Source: an uncultured Chloroflexia bacterium (GTDB taxonomy: Bacteria; Chloroflexota; Limnocylindria; Limnocylindrales; CSP1-4). From it: a stretch of 64,000 nt of DNA. Shown piece after piece: positions 52,875-62,337 of this stretch. The notes under the pieces were generated by a model, which had not been told where the DNA came from, did not search any database, and saw only the letters and a program-made list of their open reading frames with translations. The position numbers and the translations under genes were made by a program. The first letter of the stretch is position 1, and the number at the start of each line of letters is the position of its first letter. The stretch spans positions 833,044 through 897,043 of the forward strand of contig CAVSEO010000005.1 in the NCBI GenBank assembly GCA_963727005.1, written 5' to 3'.

Positions 52875-53249
52875 TCAGCGCTCGACCGAGAGTGTTATCT
52901 CGGCCAGCAGGACCAGGACCACGACGAAGACGGCAATCGGGAGACTCAGCACCGCCTGGATCCGGAGCGCGACGAACAGCGCGGTCACCGCGGCGACCCA
53001 CGATCCACGCCGGATCGCTCGAGACCAATCGCCGAGGAGGGCGATCCGCCGGTGTCGGGCGAACGAAACCAGCCAGAAGAGAGGGACGCTCGTCAGCCCG
53101 CAGGCCACGCCTATGGCGCCCGCACCGACCAGGCCCGCCGTCGCGTTCTCTCGCGGGTAGGTAGATGTCACGATCTGCGCCACCACGAGCCAGGCGACGA
53201 ATGCGGCGCCGATGCACATCGTGTTGGCCAGCCTGTCCTTCGCTTCCAC
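52875..53249 (-). CDS. Small polytopic membrane protein (hypothetical)
   Basis: Intact 124 aa with four hydrophobic segments. Confidence 0.5.
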   Translation of the reverse strand: MEAKDRLANTMCIGAAFVAWLVVAQIVTSTYPRENATAGLVGAGAIGVACGLTSVPLFWLVSFARHRRIALLGDWSRAIRRGSWVAAVTALFVALRIQAVLSLPIAVFVVVLVLLAEITLSVER

Positions 53250-53258
53250 GGCGCCAGT

Positions 53259-54064
53259 CTACGGACTCGCGGCACTTCCACGCAGGCCGATGGCGGCCTC
53301 CAGGTCAATGACAGAATCGACGATCAGGTCTGGGGACGCGTCCGGAGCGGGCGGCGCCGTCGGCAGAGGCGAGTCCTCCGGCTTCATTCGAACCCAGGCG
53401 GCCCGCCAGCCGACACGCTGGGCACCCACCACGTCGGCGCCGAGATCGTCGCCCACATGCAGGATCGACGGTCCGGCGGCGACGCCGAGTTCGCGCGCCG
53501 CCACCTCGAAGATCTCCGGCCGGGGCTTGACCCACCCGACCCGCTGCGAGATCACGACTGCGCTGAGATGGCGCGACCAGCGCGCGGCCTCGAGATAGCG
53601 ATCGATGGCGAGCGCCAGGGGCCAGTTCGACACGATGCCGACGCTTGCAGTGGCGGGCCAGCCGTTCGAGCATCGGCCCGATCTCGGGAGGAACCGGCGT
53701 CGTCTCGACGAAGACCGTGGCATACGTGTCCAGGATGGCTGCGACCTCCGCGCGGCTCGGAGAAGCCGGCGGCCTCGACGTCGTCCCATCGCTCGCCGGG
53801 GCCCGGGACGGAGCAACCGCGCAGCCGGGCCAGAACCCGGACGACGCGAACGTCCATGTCCGCCTCGCGACCGGCAGGTACGTCGTCGGCGAACTGCCTG
53901 AGCCTCTCCTCGCCCCAGACCCGGGCGAACTCCTCCGCTCGAAAACCGGCTCGGGAGCTCGTCCGTGCGGCGGTCAGGCGCAGGACGTCGGTCATCGTCG
54001 CGGCAGGGAACGGCACCAGCGTGTTGCCGAAGTCGAACGTGATAGCCCGCAGGCCGTCGATCAT
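53259..54064 (-). CDS. HAD-superfamily hydrolase (subfamily IA-like). Two frameshifts.
   Basis: Motif I ITFDFGNTLV lies at the start (frame 53552..54247). The middle is in 53305..53673. GIVSNW and HVGDDLGADVVGAQRVG are in 53259..54359. The start overlaps the helicase stop (ATGA). Confidence 0.65.
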
Positions 54065-57000
54065 TTGACCGCGCTCGCCGGGCAGATGTCGCGAAACGCG
54101 CAGTAGCTGCAGGCCAGGTAGTCGGGCGTGGCCTCGAAACGCCGGGCTCGAATTCCGGACGCCGCGCGCCGTATCGAGTCCCGGGCCTTGTCGAGTCGCT
54201 TCGGGTCCACCTCGGTCCTGCCCACGAGACCCGATTCCAGGAACCACAGCTGAAGGGCGTCCGGGAGCCGTCCGTTCTCGGCCTGATACGCCATCGCATA
54301 GATCTGGAGCTGCAGGGACTCCCGGGCTCTCTCGCGGGCCCGCACCGGATCGCGGACATCGCTCGACTTGTAGTCGGTGATGGTCACTCGTTCCGGATGG
54401 AGCCCGGGCAGCGCGGGGTGGACGGCGTCGGCGAGCTGCTCCTCACCTGCCCCGCCGCGAGCGACGGCAGGCTCGACCCGCTCGACGTCGACGCGGTCCA
54501 TCCGGCCGCGGATCCGATCGCCGTCGAGAGTGAAGCTGAACTCACGCTCCACGTAGGCCGGCGCGACCGTACCGGGCTGCAGCTGCCCTTCGCGGAAACG
54601 GAGCAGGGCGGCCCGGCCGGCCGCCAATCTCGCCTCCTCGTGTTCGCGAGTCAGGAACCCCTCGTTGGACCAGGCCCGATCGAAGGCCGCCAGCAGCTCG
54701 TCCTCGGGCATCAGGTAGCCGCGCGACTGGCGTCGATGGAATTCCTGCACGGCCTGATGCAACGCGGCTCCGTACACGATCGAATGGTGCGGAGCGATCG
54801 GAACGCGCAGGACGTGAACGTACTTGTACTTCAGCGGGCAGGTCAGGTAGTCGTCGACCTGGTAGAAGCTGAGCGATAGAGGTCCTTCGACCGCAGCCTC
54901 CGGAGCGGCCTCCGATGCCTCCGCCTTCGGCTCGAACGCGGCCAGCCGCTCGAGCGGCGCATGCGCCATTCCTTCGACCAGCGCGCCGGTAGCGGCCACA
55001 GCCGGCAGATCCAGTGCCTCGAGCACGAACTGCGACACGCGCCGGGTGCGTCGCCCGCCATAGTCGGCGGCGTGGGTGAGTACCAGCTCGTCCCGGGCGC
55101 GCGTCATCCCGACATAGAAGAGGCGCCGCTCTTCCTGCACGTGTGGATCGCCGTCGGGCAGTGTCTCGCGCACCAGCTCCGTCGGCATCGCGAGTGGCTC
55201 ACGCCGAGTCCGGGCCGGGAAGCGGCCGTCGACCAGGCCCGTCATGAAGACGACCGGGAACTCCAGGCCCTTGGCCTTGTGCACCGTCAGCACCGCCACC
55301 GCGTCCGCGTCGGCATCGATCTCGGCGGTGGCGGGGTCGTCGCCGGCATCGATCAGCGTCTGGAGGTGGCGGGCCACGAAGATCGCGCGATCGTCGGGCA
55401 GCAAGTCCGACTGGGCCCTGATGATCTCGAAGAAGCGGGCGATGTTCTGGAGGGATTCCTCGGCGGCCACGGAGTCCGTCGAGGCCAGTCTGGACAGGAT
55501 GCCGCTGTCTCGCAGGAACTGGTACAGGACCTCACCGGCAGGCCGCTCGTGGGCCAGCTCCGTGAAGCGGCGCAGGTCCGTGACGAGCCGATCGAGCGCC
55601 GTTCGCGATTCTGCCGATAGGCGCAGCAGCCCTGGCTGGCGAACCAGCTCCTCGGCCACGTCCCAGACGGAACGGTTGCGGCGCCGGGCGCTGTTGACGA
55701 TCGCCGTCAGATCCGGCCCGCCCAGGCAGTAGACCTCCGAAGCGGCCAGGGCGTACAGGTCGACGCTGGAAGACAGATCCGCGATCGCCCGCAGGAACGC
55801 CAGCAGCAGGCGTATCTCCGGCCGGGCATAGAGCCCGGACGTACCGGAGAACCGCCACGGGACACCTGCCAGGTTCAAGCTTCGAAGCACGGCGTCCGCG
55901 TCGGCGTTCGCCCGCACGAGAATCGCGAAATCGCGCGGCTTCGCCCCGGAGGTGACGCGCCCGGCGATCTCGCGCGCCACCCAGTCGGCTTCCTCCGAGC
56001 CGGCGGCGAAGGCCAGGTGCCGCACCGGCCGCTCGACGCCGTCACCGCCCGCGACTCCCGCTCCGCGACGAGACGCTTGTCTATGCCGTTGCGAACCTCC
56101 AGGCGATCGGGATCGTTGAAGCGGATCAAGCGATAGCTCGCGTCCAGGATCGGCGCGTGCGAGCGATAGTTCCGCCGCAGAACGATCTGGCGCGCTTTGC
56201 GGATGCCGCCGTTTGAACTCCAGGATGTTGCTTATCGCGGCGCCACGGAACTTGTAGATGGATTGGTCGTCGTCGCCGACGACGGTGACGTTTCCGTGCT
56301 CCGCCGCGAGCAGCTCCACGAGCTCCGACTGCGCCCGATTCGTGTCCTGGAACTCATCCACCAGGACGAAGCGGTAGCGGCGCTGAAGCTCGAGCCGAGC
56401 CGCGGCCGATTCGCGAAGCAGCCGCAGCGCCAGGCTCACCTGGTCGCCGAAGTCGATCAGACCGGACTCCCGAAGGAGCGACTGGTACTTCGCGTACGCC
56501 CGAGCCAGCTCGCCGTGTCGCCGCGCATCCTCCTCGACCGCGGCACGAGCGCCGTCATCGGCCGGCTCGCGGTCTTCGGCGCCGTCGGTCCGGGCCTCCC
56601 CGGCACGGGCCGCGAGAACGGCCGCGAAATCGAGGTACGCCTGAGGCCCGACATCCTCGTCCTTGCAGCGGCTGAAGAGGGTCGCCAGGGCGCTCAGGAA
56701 ACGCGTCGGGTCTCCGAGGGGCCGGTACTCGTCCAGCTCGAAGGCGAATAGCCGCTCCCGAAGGAAGATGACGACTTCGGGCCGGGACAGCACCCGCAGA
56801 TCCGTGGGCAGCCCCAGCTCGAGGGCGAACTCGCGAACCAGCCGATCCCCGAACGCGTGGAACGTGGATATGGCCGAGTTCGTGTAGCCGTAGGGGACGA
56901 GCTGGTCGACCCGGGCCTGCATCTCGTCGGCGGCCTTGTCCGTGAAGGTGAGGGCCAGGATCTCCGAGGGCCGCGCCCGCCGCGTGGCGATCAGCCAGGC

Positions 57001-57237
57001 GATGCGACGAGTGATTACCTGCGTCTTGCCCGTCCCCGCCCCGGCGACCACCAGGAGCGGACCCTCGCCGTGGCATACGGCCCGCCGCTGTTCCGAGTTC
57101 AGCCCGGAGAGCAGGGCCTCCGACCCGTCCTCGCGGTCTTCGGGCGGCTCTTCATGCCGGGGTGGAGACCACCAGACCGGGATCTGCTCCAGAGGCGGCG
57201 GTTCGTGTGTCGATGTCCTGTGGCTCGGGCGCGTCAT
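54061..57237 (-). CDS. UvrD/PcrA-type superfamily-1 helicase fused to a C-terminal Cas4/AddB-like PD-(D/E)xK nuclease with a Cys cluster
   Basis: Motifs in the 1058-aa ORF: AGAGTGKTQVIT, VLVDEFQDTN, TVHKAKGLEFPVVF, VGMTRARDEL. The nuclease carries DDYLTCPLKY, ITDYKSS, LQLQIYA and CSYCAFRDIC. About 50 codons (56040-56205) are out of frame between two compensating indels. Confidence 0.85.
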   Translation of the reverse strand: MTRPSHRTSTHEPPPLEQIPVWWSPPRHEEPPEDREDGSEALLSGLNSEQRRAVCHGEGPLLVVAGAGTGKTQVITRRIAWLIATRRARPSEILALTFTDKAADEMQARVDQLVPYGYTNSAISTFHAFGDRLVREFALELGLPTDLRVLSRPEVVIFLRERLFAFELDEYRPLGDPTRFLSALATLFSRCKDEDVGPQAYLDFAAVLAARAGEARTDGAEDREPADDGARAAVEEDARRHGELARAYAKYQSLLRESGLIDFGDQVSLALRLLRESAAARLELQRRYRFVLVDEFQDTNRAQSELVELLAAEHGNVTVVGDDDQSIYKFRGAAISNILEFKRRHPQSAPDRSAAELSLARADPGRELSLDPLQRSRSPGGSQRHRQASRRGAGVAGGDGVERPVRHLAFAAGSEEADWVAREIAGRVTSGAKPRDFAILVRANADADAVLRSLNLAGVPWRFSGTSGLYARPEIRLLLAFLRAIADLSSSVDLYALAASEVYCLGGPDLTAIVNSARRRNRSVWDVAEELVRQPGLLRLSAESRTALDRLVTDLRRFTELAHERPAGEVLYQFLRDSGILSRLASTDSVAAEESLQNIARFFEIIRAQSDLLPDDRAIFVARHLQTLIDAGDDPATAEIDADADAVAVLTVHKAKGLEFPVVFMTGLVDGRFPARTRREPLAMPTELVRETLPDGDPHVQEERRLFYVGMTRARDELVLTHAADYGGRRTRRVSQFVLEALDLPAVAATGALVEGMAHAPLERLAAFEPKAEASEAAPEAAVEGPLSLSFYQVDDYLTCPLKYKYVHVLRVPIAPHHSIVYGAALHQAVQEFHRRQSRGYLMPEDELLAAFDRAWSNEGFLTREHEEARLAAGRAALLRFREGQLQPGTVAPAYVEREFSFTLDGDRIRGRMDRVDVERVEPAVARGGAGEEQLADAVHPALPGLHPERVTITDYKSSDVRDPVRARERARESLQLQIYAMAYQAENGRLPDALQLWFLESGLVGRTEVDPKRLDKARDSIRRAASGIRARRFEATPDYLACSYCAFRDICPASAVK

Positions 57238-57274
57238 CTGGTGAGGCTCGCCGCCGGCAGTGACATCTCACGTG

Positions 57275-58171
57275 TCACGAGCCCGGCGTATCCGTACGCT
57301 GGCCCGGGATCGCCTCGGCGGCAGCCGGCCGCCCCGGTTTGCGACCGATACGTTCGGAGTCCACGGCGGAGTCCGGGTCCTCGATGGCGTCCTCTTTGCC
57401 CTTGCTCTGGCCTTTTGCGACCTGAGTCCGGTCTGCCTTCTCGTTTCCGCCGGCGGACTTCAGATCGGACGCAGGACCCGCAGGCGCGTCTCCGACCGGC
57501 GCCGGCGCCTTGGCCGGAGCCGCGGACCTGGCCGCGGTCAGGCCTTTCGCGGGAGCCTGGGCTCTGGTCGGAGGCACCGGAACCGCCTTCGGCGGTGCCG
57601 CCGAGGCCGACTTGGCGGCGCTCGAGTCGGCGGCCGCGGCGGCTGCCCTGCCGGCGGGTCCTCGCGGAGCCGCCTGCGCCGGCCGAACCGTCTTTCTGGT
57701 TCGGGCCAGGCCCATCGCCTCGTTCTCTTCTGTGGACAGCGACGTGTCGGCCTTGCCGCCCACGATTGCCTTGGCGTAGATGCGAGTCCCCGTTCGGGAA
57801 TGCAGGCTGCTCACCACGAAGCCGTCCTCGGTCTCGTCGAGGAGGGCCAGGGCGAAGCTCTGATTGCCGCCCGTGTCCGGAAACGGATTGAAACGAACCA
57901 GGCCCAGGCGGGCGAAGTGGTGCCTGGCCGAGCTCTCGAGGACCGCCGTCCTGGCGGTCAGCTCGTCGAGATCGCGACCGACCTGGTGAACCGTCTCCAG
58001 GTGGGCGTCGAAGACCGCCTCGAGGCTCTCCCCATCGGAGCCGCGCGTCAGCGAGTCCAGTCGCTGCCGGAGACGCCCGATCTGCATCGACTGCAGCACC
58101 AGCATCAACACCAGGCACAGGCCCGCCAGGACCAGCACTATCGGGCCCAGATAGTCCGTAATGGAATTCAC
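57275..58171 (-). CDS. DUF4446-family protein with a long Ala/Pro/Lys-rich C-terminal tail
   Basis: Intact 298 aa with an N-terminal TM, then LGLVRFNPFPDTGGNQSFALALLDETEDGFVVSSLHSRTGTRIYAKAI, then ~150 aa of low-complexity tail. Confidence 0.7.
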   Translation of the reverse strand: MNSITDYLGPIVLVLAGLCLVLMLVLQSMQIGRLRQRLDSLTRGSDGESLEAVFDAHLETVHQVGRDLDELTARTAVLESSARHHFARLGLVRFNPFPDTGGNQSFALALLDETEDGFVVSSLHSRTGTRIYAKAIVGGKADTSLSTEENEAMGLARTRKTVRPAQAAPRGPAGRAAAAAADSSAAKSASAAPPKAVPVPPTRAQAPAKGLTAARSAAPAKAPAPVGDAPAGPASDLKSAGGNEKADRTQVAKGQSKGKEDAIEDPDSAVDSERIGRKPGRPAAAEAIPGQRTDTPGS

Positions 58172-58351
58172 AACTTCCTCCGCTCGGTTGCTCCGAGTCT
58201 ACCAGCCGGCGCTGGAGGGCTGCTCCGCGACCCGCGACCTCAACGGGAGCGCCGACGGAGACCTCGCCCTGGACAGGCGGGATGGTATCCTCGCCGAAAG
58301 CGCAGGCCCCGAGACTGCCCACCAACACTCAGCGGAGGCCCCTCACTCAAC

Positions 58352-58747
58352 ATGGCCAAACGCACTCGCGGCTCACACCGACCCGGCCAGCGTCATGCCG
58401 AGCGACGTGGCCCCGCCCGGCCGCAGTCGCGCCCACCGAGCAGGCCGAGCAGCGGCCTGTCGGCCGAAGAAGAGGCCCGAGCCGCAGAGATCGAATCCCA
58501 GATCGTCGCCCAGGAGCGGGCCGTGGAGGCCGGCCGGGCCCGGTCCCGCGAGCGGACGAGAAGCGCGGAGGTCGAGCGGCCGGGCCGGGCCCACGGACAG
58601 GGGCTTCTGGCGGCTCGCGCGGCCGAGGAGTACGCCTACGTCGTGCGCGACGTGCGGCGCATAGTCACCATCGGGGGCTCGATGGCGGCGGCACTGGCCG
58701 TCATCTACGTGCTGGTCAACGTCCTCCACGTCGTGACCATCGCGTAG
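58352..58747 (+). CDS. Small Arg-rich protein with a C-terminal TM anchor (hypothetical)
   Basis: The ATG at 58352 lies within ORF 57260..58747. The basic/coiled N-terminus ends in [22 protein letters not shown]. Confidence 0.45.
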   Translation: MAKRTRGSHRPGQRHAERRGPARPQSRPPSRPSSGLSAEEEARAAEIESQIVAQERAVEAGRARSRERTRSAEVERPGRAHGQGLLAARAAEEYAYVVRDVRRIVTIGGSMAAALAVIYVLVNVLHVVTIA

Positions 58748-58831
58748 GGCGGACCGGTTCCACAGCCCGCTCAGCCCGGTCCGAATCCCCAGGCCAACGC
58801 CTGCGCCCCGACCAACCTGTAGCATCGGCGC

Positions 58832-60363
58832 ATGGCAACACGCCGCGTCACCCAGAAGTCGGCGGGCGACAAAGGGGAACAGCAGCCGGTCTTCGTTCCG
58901 CCGGCCGCTCGAAAGCCACTGGCCGCCCGGATGCGCCCGCGCACCCTGGACGAAGTCGTCGGCCACGAACAGCTCATCGGCGAGCGCGGAACGCTTGCGC
59001 CGTGCCCTGGAGCGCGGCCACCTCGGCTCACTCCTGTTCTGGGGGCCTCCGGGAAGCGGCAAGACGAGCCTGGCCCGGGTCCTCGCCGAAGCGGTCGGCG
59101 CCCGGCTCGTGACCATATCGGCGGTCATGAGCGGCGTCGCGGAAGTCCGGGCCATCGTGGCCGAGGCGCGGGACGGCCTGAGCCTCCACGGCCGCCAGAC
59201 GGTCCTCTTCATCGACGAGATACACCGCTTCAACAAAGCCCAGCAGGATGCCCTGCTGCCGCACGTCGAAGACGGGACGGTCACGCTGGTCGGCGCCACC
59301 ACGGAGAACCCCTACTTCGAGGTGAACTCGGCCCTCCTGTCGCGCCTGAGGGTTTATCGCCTGGAGCCGCTGACCGACGAACAGGTCGCCGTCGTGGTCC
59401 GGCGGGCACTGGCCGACGCGGAGCGCGGGCTGGCGGGGGACCTCGGCCCCACGGGCGGGGTGGCCCTGGCCGAAGATGCCTTCGACCACCTGGTCGGCCT
59501 GTCGGCCGGCGACGCCCGGCAGGCCCTCAACGTCCTCGAGGGCGCCGTCTCGATCGCCGATTCGGAGGGTGTCCGCGACGGCGCCGGACACGTGGCACCG
59601 CGCCTGGCCGACATCGAGGCCGCCGCACAGCAGCGGGCCCTGGCCTACGACCGTGCCGGCGACGGCCACTACGACACAGTCAGCGCCTTCATCAAGAGCA
59701 TCCGCGGCAACGACCCGGATGCGGCGCTCTACTGGCTGGCGGCGATGATCGCGGCCGGCGAGGATCCCCGCTTCATCGCCCGGCGCCTCATCATCTCCGC
59801 TTCCGAGGACATCGGCCTGGCCGATCCTCGGGCGCTCGAGGTGGCCGTGGCCGCCGCCCGGGCCCTGGATTGGGTCGGCCTGCCCGAGGCCCAGTACAAC
59901 CTGGCCGAGGCCACGGTCATGCTCGCGGTAACGACCAAGAGCAACGCCGCCGGCCGTGGCTACTTCAGCGCGATGGACGACGTTCTGAGCAATGGCTCGC
60001 TACCTGTCCCGGCGCACCTGCGCTCGAGCGGATCCGGCAGGAGCCGGTACCGGTACCCGCACGACTTCGAGGGTGACGACGTCGAGCAGCAGTACCTCCC
60101 GGACAAGCTCGTCGGACGGCGCTACTACTTCCCCGGCGACCAGGGCATGGAGGCGAGGATCGCCGAGAGGCTGGAGCGGCTCCAGGAAGCGCGGCGCCAG
60201 CCCAAGCGCCGCAAGCGGCCGGTCGCGGGCCACTCCGAGGTGGATCCGATGTCCGCCGGATCGGAGGGGATGCGGCGCCGCCGTCAGAGCCTGCAGGGGC
60301 TGGCCGAGAATCAACGAAGCGACGCGGCAGCCGATCCCCCAAGCCCCTCGAGACGACGACTGA
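58832..60363 (+). CDS. rarA: Replication-associated recombination protein RarA/MgsA (AAA+). One frameshift near 58990; the 3-prime end is uncertain.
   Basis: The N-terminus is in 58832..60076 ([16 protein letters not shown]). The body is in 58995..60776 ([66 protein letters not shown]). The listed ORF runs on antisense through vapC. I place the end at the TGA at 60361-60363, reached by a second shift. Confidence 0.85.
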
Positions 60364-60406
60364 CGCACCCGTTCGGCCGCCGCCGGCCGTCATCCGAAGC
60401 CGCGAG

Positions 60407-60820
60407 TCAGGGCTCCAGGTCCAGCGCGCGCACGTGCCGGGGCCGGAATATGGCGATCGGGCGCCGATCGAAGGCGGCGATGCGCGTCACCCCGAGCCGC
60501 TCGGCCGTTGCCACGAGAACGGCATCGGCGAGGCGGGGCCTGTACTCGGTCGTCTCGCGCATCAGTTCGGCCGCCCGGACGAAATCCGCCGTCGTCGGCG
60601 CGACGACCTTGATCGCCCCGCTGGCGATCGACTTCAGGAGCGCGAAGGTGGCCCGCAGCCCCAGCTCGCGCTGCAGCAGCAGATCCAGCTCGGCCAGCGT
60701 GAGGGCTCCGATCATCAGCGGCTCGTTCACTCGTCCGAACCACGCCAGGGCGGCCCGGTGGTTCAGATCGGACTGATCGGCGGCGGCGAGCACGGCGCTC
60801 GAATCGAGCAGCACGGCCAC
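60407..60820 (-). CDS. vapC: PIN-domain toxin VapC
   Basis: Intact 137 aa with a GTG start. The pattern is LLDSSAVLAAAD (Asp 1), ELDLLL and LADAVLVATAERLGVTRIAAFD (distal acidic residues). The antitoxin stop lies 3 nt upstream. Confidence 0.8.
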   Translation of the reverse strand: MAVLLDSSAVLAAADQSDLNHRAALAWFGRVNEPLMIGALTLAELDLLLQRELGLRATFALLKSIASGAIKVVAPTTADFVRAAELMRETTEYRPRLADAVLVATAERLGVTRIAAFDRRPIAIFRPRHVRALDLEP

Positions 60821-60823
60821 GAG

Positions 60824-61076
60824 CTAGATCCTCGTCCGGCCCCGGCCGGAGGCCGGCTTCGCGACGCGCGATCGACCGTCCATCCAGGGATAGCCGCCCA
60901 TGATCGCTCCGACCCACCGCCAGGAACTCCAGATCCGGCGTCGTGTCGTGTGAGTCCAGGTACGACTCCAGAGCCGCCGTGATGACCGAGGTCTTGGTCG
61001 TGCCGTTCCTTGCGGCGAAGCGATCGAGGCGTTCGAGCAGGTCGGAGTCGGCGAGGAGCGTAGTTCGCTTCTGCAT
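60824..61076 (-). CDS. vapB: Ribbon-helix-helix (CopG-like) antitoxin VapB. One frameshift near 60900.
   Basis: MQKRTTLLADSDLLERLDRFAARNGTTKTSVITAALESYL is in frame 60390..61097. The stop at 60824 is in frame 60824..61291. Confidence 0.65.
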
Positions 61077-61160
61077 ATGCTGACATATATACCACACTTG
61101 CCGTCAGCCCAGGCATCGCTACGCTTCTGTGGCATCCCGCAAACACAGAGAGGTGGCACC

Positions 61161-62327
61161 TTGAACCGCTTCGAGCCCAACCTTCGCATCCCCGGCCCCA
61201 CGTCACTCCCGGACGCCGTACGCGAGGCCGGCGCCCGCCAGATGGTCAACCACCGCGGACCGGAATTCGCCGTCCTCCAGAACCGGATCATCGAGCGGCT
61301 GAAGACCTTCTACAAGACCCAGAACGACGTTCTGATCGTGACTGCCGCCGGCACGGGCGGGCTCGAGTCGGCCATCGTCAGCTTCCTCTCCCCCGGCGAC
61401 AAGGTCCTGGCCGTCTCGATCGGCGCGTTCGGGGATCGCTTCGCCAAGATCGCCACGGCCTACGGCGCGGACGTGACGAAGCAGTCCTACGAATGGGGCC
61501 AGGCCGCCGACCCGGCCAAGGTGCGCGACGCGCTCGTCGCCGGCGGTCCATGGAAGGCCGTGCTCCTCACCCAGAACGAGACGTCCACGGCCGTCACCAA
61601 CCCGATCGCCGAACTGGCGGCCGCTGCCAAAGCCGCGGCCCCGGACGCTCTGATTCTCGTCGACGCGATCAGCGGCCTCGGCGCCGTCCCGTTCGAAACC
61701 GACGCCTGGGGCCTCGACGTCGTCGTCAGCGGCTCGCAGAAGGCCTGGATGGTCGCGCCGGGGCTCTCCTTCGTGGCGGTGTCGCCGCGAGCGTGGGAAG
61801 CGGCCGCGGTCGCCAAGATGCCGAAGTTCTACTTCGACCTGGCCGCCCACAAGACCAGCGCCGAGTCGGGCCAGACACCCTGGACGCCGGCCGTCGCGGT
61901 GATGTTCCAGCTCGACGTCGCCCTCGAGATGATGGAGCAGGAAACCCTGCCCGAGATCTGGAAGCGTCACGCCGCGGTCGGGGCCGCCGTCCGCGCCGGT
62001 CTCCTGACGCTCGGCTTCAAGCTACTGGCCGATCCCGCCTTTGCGTCGGACACGGTCACCGGAGCCTGGATACCCGAGGAGCTCGACTGGAAGACCTTCA
62101 ACGGGAAGCTCCGCAAGCTCGGTCTCGTAGTCGCCGGCGGTCAGGGCGCCCTCAAGGGCAAGATCTTCCGGATCGGCCACCTCGGTCACGTCACCGTCCC
62201 GGCGATCCTCAACGCGATGGCCGTCCTGGAGCAGGCCCTCATCGAACTCGATCGGCCGGTGAAGCCGGGCGCCGCCGTCGAGGCCGCCCAGATCGCCGCT
62301 CTTCGATCCCTCGGCCTGGCCAAGTAA
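61161..62327 (+). CDS. Class-V aminotransferase (serine-glyoxylate/phosphoserine aminotransferase type)
   Basis: I place a TTG start at 61161 after GAGAGGTGG, within ORF 61077..62327. Motifs: LIVTAAGTGGLES, LVDAISGLG, SGSQKAW (PLP lysine). It sits directly upstream of serA. Confidence 0.8.
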   Translation: MNRFEPNLRIPGPTSLPDAVREAGARQMVNHRGPEFAVLQNRIIERLKTFYKTQNDVLIVTAAGTGGLESAIVSFLSPGDKVLAVSIGAFGDRFAKIATAYGADVTKQSYEWGQAADPAKVRDALVAGGPWKAVLLTQNETSTAVTNPIAELAAAAKAAAPDALILVDAISGLGAVPFETDAWGLDVVVSGSQKAWMVAPGLSFVAVSPRAWEAAAVAKMPKFYFDLAAHKTSAESGQTPWTPAVAVMFQLDVALEMMEQETLPEIWKRHAAVGAAVRAGLLTLGFKLLADPAFASDTVTGAWIPEELDWKTFNGKLRKLGLVVAGGQGALKGKIFRIGHLGHVTVPAILNAMAVLEQALIELDRPVKPGAAVEAAQIAALRSLGLAK

Positions 62328-62337
62328 GGAGCCTGAC

